From Acidimicrobiales bacterium (lineage in GTDB: Bacteria; Actinomycetota; Acidimicrobiia; Acidimicrobiales; AC-14), in the NCBI GenBank assembly GCA_031370985.1, contig JANMRJ010000542.1, positions 1-24,000 on the forward strand: a stretch of DNA of 24,000 bases, in the 5' to 3' direction. The position numbers were made by a program, and so were the translations under genes. The notes below the pieces were generated by a model, which searched no databases, was not told the origin of the DNA, and was given only the letters and a program-made list of their open reading frames with translations. Position 1 is the stretch's first letter; each line of letters begins with the position of its first letter. Shown here in pieces: positions 7,901 through 13,109 of this stretch.

Positions 7901-8334
7901 TGCCCACGATGCGCTTCCCGATCCGCGTCGGCCCGAAGTCGCGGCTGCCGCTTCGCCTTCTGTTCGGCGTCCAGGCCGACGACGCCTGGATCGACATCGG
8001 CGACGGCCACGAGGGCGAGCTCGAGGTCCAGTTCGGCTGGTCCCACTTCCGGACGCCGATGGCCAACATCGCGCGCTGGCAGATCGAGGGCCCATTCCTG
8101 TGGATCACCGCGATCGGCGTCCGGCGCAGCAACCGCCACGGCGACGTCACCTTCGGCGGCAGCCCCCACGGCGGCGTCCGGATCGACTTCACGACCCCCG
8201 TTCACTGGACGATCTTCCATGTTCCGGCGATCTATGTTCCGGCCGACGACCTCGACGGCCTGGCCGCAGAGCTCGAGCGCCGGGGCGTACCCGGGCGTGA
8301 TGTTCGCCGCGGTCAGGGACCGACGCTCGGGTAG
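7900..8334 (+). CDS. Hypothetical protein (144 aa), translationally coupled to cydB
   Basis: The ATG at 7900 overlaps the cydB stop (TGATG). GC3 is very high throughout and the composition is non-repetitive and globular-looking (MPTMRFPIRVGPKSRLPLRLLFGVQADDAWIDIGDGHEGELEVQFGWSHF...). I recognise no motif. The 3' end overlaps the convergent GH18-like gene by 22 nt. Confidence 0.65.
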   Translation: MPTMRFPIRVGPKSRLPLRLLFGVQADDAWIDIGDGHEGELEVQFGWSHFRTPMANIARWQIEGPFLWITAIGVRRSNRHGDVTFGGSPHGGVRIDFTTPVHWTIFHVPAIYVPADDLDGLAAELERRGVPGRDVRRGQGPTLG

Positions 8335-9734
8335 TGCTCGGCGCTCGGGCTCGAGTTGGACCCGGCGCTCGGGCTCGAGCTGGGCCCGGCGTTCGGGCTC
8401 GAGTTGGGCCCGGCGTTCGGGCTCGAGTTGGGCCCGGCGCTCGGGCTCGAGTTGGGCCCGGCGCTCGGGCTCGATCCGCCGCTGGGCGCAGGTCCGATGA
8501 CGTCCGTGGCCATCGACCTCCCGGCCCGGAAGTCGGCGATCAGGGCCGTGTACCCGGGCAGGCCGCGCTCGTAGCCGACCGCCCAGAACCCTGCGCCCGC
8601 GAGGCCGAGGCCGTTGGCGAGGCCCAGCTTCGGTCGGAGGCTTTGCGGTGTGTCGTAGTAGATCGCCCGCCAGGCCTTGCCGTTGGGGATCGCGAGGAAG
8701 GCGACGTCCTCGATCGGGTCGAACGAGGCCGTGATCGACGGATCGAGCAACGTCGCGAGGTTCCGGCGCGGCACCCAGATGTCGCCGCGGCCGGTCTCCG
8801 GCGAGCCCACCGCGGCGCTCGCCGTCGGCCACGACAGGCCGTAGAGCGGCAGCCCGAGCAGCGTCCGTTCGGCCGGCACCCCGGCCGCGGCATACAGCTC
8901 GAGCGACCACGCGATCGATCGTTCGACACCATCGCCACGGGAGATCGGGGCCGAGCCGCCTGGCTGGCTCGTTGCCGTCCGGTAGTCGTAGCCCATGAGA
9001 AAGATCCGATCGGCCCCGGCAAGGTTCGCCGCTGCGGCGAGTACGGCGCCCTGGGGTCCGGCACCGGTCGTCGCGGTGATCGTCGCCTCGGGGTCAGCCG
9101 CTCGGAGCGCCGACCGCAGCCGGCCGAGGAAGGCGCCGTAGGCCGGGATGTCGGAGTCGGCGATCTCTTCGACATCGACCGCGATGCCGTCCACGGAGAG
9201 ACCCGCGCGCAGCCGGACCAGCGAGTCGATCACGCGCTGCTGGAGCGCGTCCGACGCGAACAAGGCCTGATTCCTCGTCCAACCGAAGCTGGTCCAGGTG
9301 ACCTCCACTCGCCTGCCGAGCGCGTGGGCGTCGGCGACGATCGCCTGGCCGACCGGGCCGGCAATCGCCTTGTAGCCGTTCTGGTTCGTCGCGATGTCGC
9401 CCTTGCCGGTGTGGGTCACCGAGAAAAGCGCCACGGTCGTCGTGTCGGTCGCGCGGAGGTGATCTGCGATCGTGCCGTCCATTTCCCAGTACGGGACGAA
9501 GCCGTACACCTCGTGGCCGGGCAGTGGGGGTGCGGCGCTTCGACCGACCGTCGAGCCGGGCCCGCCGCCATCCGCCCCCGGACTGTACGGCGCACCGGGC
9601 GGCAGGGAGGTCAGCGCGAGGATCGAGCCCACGATCGCGACGATCGCGAGCCCGGCGACCGCTCGACCGGCCGGCCCGGGCGGCCATCGCCGTGCCAACC
9701 GTCGCCGCAGTGCTGGGTGAGATCGCCTCTCCAC
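8313..9734 (-). CDS. Glycoside hydrolase family 18-like protein, membrane-anchored, with C-terminal octapeptide repeats
   Basis: 473-aa ORF. The N-terminus has a signal anchor (AVAGLAIVAIVGSILALTSL). The core resembles GH18 (YaaH/YdhD-like): HEVYGFVPYWE, SVDGIAVDVEE (the DGxDxDxE region with the second Asp replaced by Ala and D-x-E retained), LMGYDY, LGLPLYG and GAGFWAVGYE. The C-terminus is (S-P-S/N-A-G-P-N-S)n. The GTG start at 9734 is uncertain. Confidence 0.8.
   Translation of the reverse strand: MERRSHPALRRRLARRWPPGPAGRAVAGLAIVAIVGSILALTSLPPGAPYSPGADGGGPGSTVGRSAAPPLPGHEVYGFVPYWEMDGTIADHLRATDTTTVALFSVTHTGKGDIATNQNGYKAIAGPVGQAIVADAHALGRRVEVTWTSFGWTRNQALFASDALQQRVIDSLVRLRAGLSVDGIAVDVEEIADSDIPAYGAFLGRLRSALRAADPEATITATTGAGPQGAVLAAAANLAGADRIFLMGYDYRTATSQPGGSAPISRGDGVERSIAWSLELYAAAGVPAERTLLGLPLYGLSWPTASAAVGSPETGRGDIWVPRRNLATLLDPSITASFDPIEDVAFLAIPNGKAWRAIYYDTPQSLRPKLGLANGLGLAGAGFWAVGYERGLPGYTALIADFRAGRSMATDVIGPAPSGGSSPSAGPNSSPSAGPNSSPNAGPNSSPNAGPSSSPSAGSNSSPSAEHYPSVGP
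8341..8474. repeat. 24-bp tandem repeat, 5 full copies plus a partial copy (consensus GCGCTCGGGCTCGAGTTGGGCCCG)
   Basis: Read directly. Units lie at 8341-8364, 8365-8388, 8389-8412, 8413-8436 and 8437-8460, with a partial unit at 8461-8474. Copies differ by 1-2 substitutions. The repeat is in frame (8 codons) within the 3' end of the GH18-like gene and encodes SSPSAGPN/SSPNAGPN. Confidence 0.92.
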
Positions 9735-9857
9735 ACTCCCAGTCTGCCGCCTCGGGCCGGATCTGGTGGATGACGAGTCCCGACGAGCATGCCGAATGTG
9801 GCTAAGTCAAGTATTCTCAATTGGCTCGGTCCCGGCGTCGACCGAGGGGAACGCCGG

Positions 9858-10409
9858 ATGCCGGGCACCCCCTCCCTGCATGGAAGGAACGGAACCTTGC
9901 CTGATCGGGCCACCCGAGTCGGCGACAGCCCGGGATCCGGGAGCGACGCGCCCGGGCTGCGCGGGCTGCCCGGGCGGCGCGGGAGTCGCGGCGCCAAGCC
10001 CGAGTTCGGCGCTCAATTCGAAGGCCCGGAGCTCGGTCGCGAGGAGTCCCTGCTCGTCGTCCTGCGCGGAATCGGGGCGATGATGTTCCTGACGACGCAC
10101 CGCGTCATCGTGGCGCGCGACGGCATCGAACGGCGACCGAGGAGCGGTGTCGCCTCCTTCCCGCTCGAACAGATCCGCCACCTTCGCCTCGAGCTCGGCA
10201 GCGGGCCGTCCGGCCGGATCGCCGTCTGGACGGACGCGAGCCAGGAGGCGCTGAGCATGTTCTTCGACGGGCGATCCCTGGATCGCGCCCACAAGCTGAT
10301 CGATGTCGCCAGGCCGCAGATCGCCCGACAGCGACGACGCGGCCCCGGAGATTGGCCGGCCCGTCCCCCGACCGGGCCGGCCGACTCCGGCCCTCGAGAT
10401 CCGGCCTGA
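9858..10409 (+). CDS. Hypothetical protein with bacterial PH-like (YokE/GRAM-like) core (183 aa)
   Basis: This is part of the 9789..10409 ORF. I prefer the ATG at 9858, which is preceded by GAGGGGA 7 nt upstream. The core ESLLVVLRGIGAMMFLTTHRVIVARDG...ASFPLEQIRHLRLELG...GRIAVWTD resembles bacterial PH-like domains. The N- and C-termini are disordered and Gly/Pro/Arg-rich. I chose it over the equal-length antisense ORF 9807..10427 because of composition and the SD. Confidence 0.6.
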   Translation: MPGTPSLHGRNGTLPDRATRVGDSPGSGSDAPGLRGLPGRRGSRGAKPEFGAQFEGPELGREESLLVVLRGIGAMMFLTTHRVIVARDGIERRPRSGVASFPLEQIRHLRLELGSGPSGRIAVWTDASQEALSMFFDGRSLDRAHKLIDVARPQIARQRRRGPGDWPARPPTGPADSGPRDPA

Positions 10410-10428
10410 ACCGCGGACCGCGGTCACA

Positions 10429-10516
10429 GCCGACCGGCATACGCGACAACCGATGATCCTCCGCCCCGGGGTGCCGGGCGTATGACGAGTGGGCGTTGTC
10501 GCGTTGCCCGGTCGGC
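10429..10516. terminator. Long three-tier inverted repeat between convergent genes (probable bidirectional, U-tract-less terminator or structured RNA)
   Basis: Outer stem GCCGACCGG (10429-10437) pairs with CCGGTCGGC (10508-10516). A 3x3 internal loop follows. Inner stem ACGCGACAAC (10441-10450) pairs with GTTGTCGCGT (10495-10504). An apical hairpin spans 10462-10480 (CGCCC(C)GG-GGTG-CCGGGCG). The element sits 20 nt after the PH-like gene stop and 35 nt after the small-ORF stop. Confidence 0.5.
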
Positions 10517-10550
10517 CGTGATCACGATGTCGGGGTGGGATCTCCGAAAT

Positions 10551-10667
10551 TCACTTGGGAATCGGCCCCCCGCCGCCGTCGGCGAGGACCGTTGCCACTG
10601 TGGCCAGGAATGCGGCGGCTGCCAGAATCGCCGAGATGGAAATGGTTCGGGCACGATGGAAGCGCAT
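10551..10667 (-). CDS. Unannotated 38-codon ORF: small secreted pre-peptide (candidate signalling pro-peptide)
   Basis: It falls below the ORF-track size cut-off. The minus strand reads GGAGAAGGAG-CAGACCCC-ATG, a strong SD with an 8-nt spacer. The translation is MRFHRARTISISAILAAAAFLATVATVLADGGGGPIPK followed by TGA. It has a basic n-region (R2, H4, R5, R7), a roughly 21-residue hydrophobic core, a V-L-A signal-peptidase-type site, and a 9-residue tail DGGGGPIPK. An in-frame stop lies 17 codons upstream with no alternative start between, so the ATG is unambiguous. No convincing long ORF covers this region. GC3 is about 74% by hand count, lower than in the neighbouring genes. Confidence 0.5.
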   Translation of the reverse strand: MRFHRARTISISAILAAAAFLATVATVLADGGGGPIPK

Positions 10668-10736
10668 GGGGTCTGCTCCTTCTCCACCCGGGCCCGAGGC
10701 GAGAGGACACGCCGTTCATGGTAGGCGTTGCGGCGA

Positions 10737-10808
10737 GATGCACAAGTATTTAGCGACATTGCAGCCCAAATGGTGCATCGCATGCAAATCAGGCGGAGTC
10801 AATCCGCC
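10737..10808. promoter_or_regulatory. AT-rich divergent promoter/operator region with inverted repeats between small ORF and XRE-TPR regulator
   Basis: The stretch 10735-10804 is about 49% G+C by hand count, against roughly 70% for the window. It has an inverted repeat GATGCAC (10737-10743) / GTGCATC (10773-10779). Four TGCA cores lie at 10739, 10760, 10774 and 10783. GCATGC lies at 10780-10785. A hairpin GGCGGA-gtcaa-TCCGCC spans 10792-10808, just upstream of the regulator start. TATTTA/TAAATA at 10747-10752 is a possible -10 on either strand. Confidence 0.4.
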
Positions 10809-10814
10809 CTTGTC

Positions 10815-12143
10815 ATGGCGCGTATGATCCGGGCCATGACAACTGAAACGACCACCCGCACGCGGAATCGCCCGAGCCTCGCCAAGGAGGACCTCGACCT
10901 CGCCCGCCAGGTCGGCGGTCGCCTGAAGGCCGCTCGGACTCGGTCCGGACTGACCCAGCGCGAGCTGGCCGAGCCGCGCTACACGAAGGCCTACGTCAGC
11001 GCCCTCGAGAACGGCCTGATCAAGCCGTCCATGGCGGCCCTCCGCTTCCTCGCTCGAAAGCTGGGCACGGTGCCGAGCGCCTTCCTGGCCGACGAGGACA
11101 CCCACTGGCAGCGACTCGACGCGGAGCTCCGCCTCGCCGCGGGCGACTGGCAGGCCGCCGCCGACCGGTTCCAGACGATCCTCGACGCGGACCCTGCGGG
11201 CGTCGGGCGAGGCCTGTCGCTCCTCGGACTCGCCGAGGCGAGCTACCGGCTCGGCCTCTCGCGCGCGACCATCGCCAGTGCAGGCGAGGCGGTCGAGCTG
11301 CTGTCGAAGGCCGGCCGCGCGGCGGACGCGATGCGGGCGACCTACTGGCTCGCCGCGGGCCATCACGCGATCGACGATCCCGCCCGCGCGCGGATGCTCT
11401 TCCAGGAGCTCCTGGCCGCGACGTCGGTTGAGCTCAGCGATCCCGACCTCCGGGTCCGGATCCTCGTCGCCCTGGCAACGGTCGAATCGGGCGCCGGCGA
11501 ATCGGCGACCGCGATCGGCCTGCTCGAAGAGGCGCGCTCGATCGGCGCCGACCTCGACGACCGGCGGCGAGCGACGTTGCTTCATTCCCTTGCCCAGTCA
11601 TATCGCCTGTCAGGCGACCTCGAAGGTGCCGTTCGGACCGGGATCGAGAGTCTCGCGTTGTTCCGGTCGGTCGACGCCCGGGCGGAGTCGGCATCGATCG
11701 AGAACGAGCTCGCCATGACGTTCCTCGGGCTTGGTAACCTCGAGGCGGCAGAGCGACACGCCCATGAGTCGCGGCTCGGCATGGAGCATGATCGCGATCA
11801 GTTCCGGCTGGCCGACCTCACCGACACCGAGGCGCGGATCGCCCTGGCCCGTGGCGACCTGGACACAGCCGCCAGTCGCGCCGCGGATGCCGCGGAGATC
11901 GCCGAGAAGCTCGGCAACCAGAAGGCCTTCGTCGACGCCCTGCTCACGATGGCCCGCACCGCGCGTTTGCGGGGCGATCGCGAGCTGGCGACGGCGTCCC
12001 TCGAGCGGGCGGCAGCGGTCGCGGAGACGGGCCCGGCCTTCCGCCTCCGCCTGGTCCTGACGGAGTGGAGCGAGCTCGCCGCGGAGACCGGCGACCTGGC
12101 CCGCGCCTACGAGCTCAGCCGGCGGGCCCTCGCCATCAGCTGA
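10815..12143 (+). CDS. XRE-family helix-turn-helix + tetratricopeptide-repeat (TPR) transcriptional regulator (~442 aa)
   Basis: Taken from the 10728..12143 ORF. The HTH region is LARQVGGRLKAARTRSGLTQRELAEPRYTKAYVSALENGLIKPSMAALRFLARKLGTVPSAFL (about 10899-11090), a classic XRE/Cro-type pattern. The remaining ~340 aa are Ala/Leu-rich helical repeats with TPR signatures (AELRLAAGDWQAAADRFQTIL, LHSLAQSYRLSGDLEGAVRTGIESLALF, LAMTFLGLGNLEAAERHAHESR, IALARGDLDTAASRAADAAEIAEKLG, LTMARTARLRGDRELATASLERAAAVA). The start is uncertain: ATGs at 10815, 10824 and 10836 all lack a clear SD, so the transcript may be leaderless or short-leadered. Confidence 0.88.
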   Translation: MARMIRAMTTETTTRTRNRPSLAKEDLDLARQVGGRLKAARTRSGLTQRELAEPRYTKAYVSALENGLIKPSMAALRFLARKLGTVPSAFLADEDTHWQRLDAELRLAAGDWQAAADRFQTILDADPAGVGRGLSLLGLAEASYRLGLSRATIASAGEAVELLSKAGRAADAMRATYWLAAGHHAIDDPARARMLFQELLAATSVELSDPDLRVRILVALATVESGAGESATAIGLLEEARSIGADLDDRRRATLLHSLAQSYRLSGDLEGAVRTGIESLALFRSVDARAESASIENELAMTFLGLGNLEAAERHAHESRLGMEHDRDQFRLADLTDTEARIALARGDLDTAASRAADAAEIAEKLGNQKAFVDALLTMARTARLRGDRELATASLERAAAVAETGPAFRLRLVLTEWSELAAETGDLARAYELSRRALAIS

Positions 12144-12152
12144 TCGGCGCCC

Positions 12153-12168
12153 CGCCGGCCGGCCGGCG
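12153..12168 (+). terminator. Perfect 16-nt GC palindrome CGCCGGCCGGCCGGCG directly after the regulator stop
   Basis: Read directly. It begins 10 nt after the TGA at 12141-12143. It can form a 6-bp stem with a CCGG loop. No U-tract follows, which is common for high-GC I-shaped terminators. Confidence 0.35.
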
Positions 12169-12535
12169 CTGCCCGCGTCAACGGTCTCGGGCTCAGCCGC
12201 AGAAGTCGAGCACCAGGCGGGTCCGGGTGCCCGAGCGCCAATCGCGAGACCAGGTTCAGGCGATGGACGGGCGGCCCCCCTCGCTCGGAGGGAGCCGGCC
12301 CAGCCGGGCGTCCGCAGCGATTCGAACGGTGGTCGAGTCGAGTGCGTCGCGGATCGCGGGGCACTCGGTCGGGTGATGCGCCACGGACGGTAGGCCGGCC
12401 CCGCCTCTCCGGCCATGCGGCGACGGAGGTGGAGGCCTGCCCGCGGGAAGTCCACCTCAACGATCCTCCGAACGGACGAAGCCTCCGCCGAGTCTCCGTC
12501 GCGTCTTCACAATCGCCCCACATCAGCGGCCCACG

Positions 12536-13006
12536 ATGAGCACGTCGAACCCACGAAGCACACGGAGCACCATCACCATGAACGGTCGAACGTTCGCTCG
12601 AATCCTGCTCGCCATTGTCCTCATCGGCGGCGCCATCGGCATCGGCGTGACCGCCTACAACGCCGGGGTCACCGCCGGTCTCGTCCAGACCGGCCACGCG
12701 GTCGTCGTCGACGGCGGATATGCCGTCGCCCCCGGCGGCGCCTACGTCGGCTATGGCTGGGGCTTCGGCCACGGCGGAGGCTTCTTCGGCTTCCTCGGCG
12801 GGCTGCTCTTCCTCTTTGTCCTGTTCGCCCTGATCCGGGCCGCATTCGGCTTCGGTGGTCATCGTCGCGGCTGGGGCGGTCCCGGCGGCCCCGGCGGCTC
12901 GGGCGGCGACTGGCGACGCGACGCCTGGGAGCAGCGCATCAAGGAGACGCACGACGCCCTCCACCGCGACGCAACCGCTGGTCCGGACAAGCCCGCCGGA
13001 AGCTGA
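12536..13006 (+). CDS. Glycine-rich small membrane protein (hypothetical; 156 aa, or 142 aa from ATG 12578)
   Basis: TM1 is ARILLAIVLIGGAIGIGVTAY. A Gly/Tyr/Ala-rich external segment follows (GYAVAPGGAYVGYGWGFGHGGG). TM2 is FFGFLGGLLFLFVLFALIRAAFGF. The C-terminal tail is Arg/Trp/Gly-rich (GGHRRGWGGPGGPGGSGGDWRRDAWEQRIKETHDALH). GGAG lies 10 nt upstream of the ATG at 12578. The antisense 285-aa ORF (12107..12964) is Arg-rich and is not credible. Confidence 0.7.
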   Translation: MSTSNPRSTRSTITMNGRTFARILLAIVLIGGAIGIGVTAYNAGVTAGLVQTGHAVVVDGGYAVAPGGAYVGYGWGFGHGGGFFGFLGGLLFLFVLFALIRAAFGFGGHRRGWGGPGGPGGSGGDWRRDAWEQRIKETHDALHRDATAGPDKPAGS

Positions 13007-13010
13007 TCCC

Positions 13011-13083
13011 GACGCCCGGCGGGCCGGGCGTCCTCCCTCCCCTCCTTTCCGCGGCGGCCGGGCCCCCCAAGGCCCGGCGCCGC
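13011..13083 (+). terminator. Two tandem GC-rich hairpins between the glycine-rich protein gene and the response regulator
   Basis: Hairpin 1 pairs GACGCCCGG (13011-13019) with CCGGGCGTC (13024-13032), giving 9 bp with loop CGGG, followed by CTCCCTCCCCTCCTTTCC. Hairpin 2 pairs GCGGCG(G)CCGGGCC (13051-13064) with GGCCCGGCGCCGC (13071-13083), giving 13 bp with one bulged G and loop CCCCAA, followed by TTCTGC. Confidence 0.5.
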
Positions 13084-13109
13084 TTCTGCAACCCCTAGGA
13101 TGAGCCGCG

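Noticed and set aside
7381-9773. Long ORFs 7381..8910 (-, 509 aa) and 8334..9773 (+, 479 aa), including the repeated RRSGSSWA / PERRAQLE readings of the 24-bp repeat
   Set aside because: Both are Arg/Pro-rich shadows of cydB, the 144-aa gene and the GH18-like gene. The 24-bp repeat reads sensibly (SSPSAGPN) only in the GH18 frame.
9807-10427. 206-aa minus-strand ORF, exactly antisense to the PH-like gene and of equal length
   Set aside because: It has no SD and a disordered Gly/Arg/Pro/Ala-rich composition throughout. The plus-strand frame has an SD at a sensible ATG and a recognisable PH-like beta-sandwich sequence pattern. Some uncertainty remains.
10424-10783. 119-aa (10424..10783) and 73-aa (10522..10743) minus-strand ORFs, and the plus-strand ORFs 10482..10827 over the same region
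   Set aside because: Their composition is poor (Arg/Pro/Ser/Trp-rich) and they have no SD. They run through the long inverted repeat and the AT-rich promoter region. The 38-codon ORF in the remaining minus frame is the only one with a strong SD and a protein-like (signal peptide) sequence.
11610-12964. Minus-strand ORFs 11610..12455 (281 aa) and 12107..12964 (285 aa)
   Set aside because: They are antisense to the TPR regulator and to the glycine-rich protein gene, and are Arg/Pro/Gly-rich. Across the 12144-12535 spacer they have no protein-like features.
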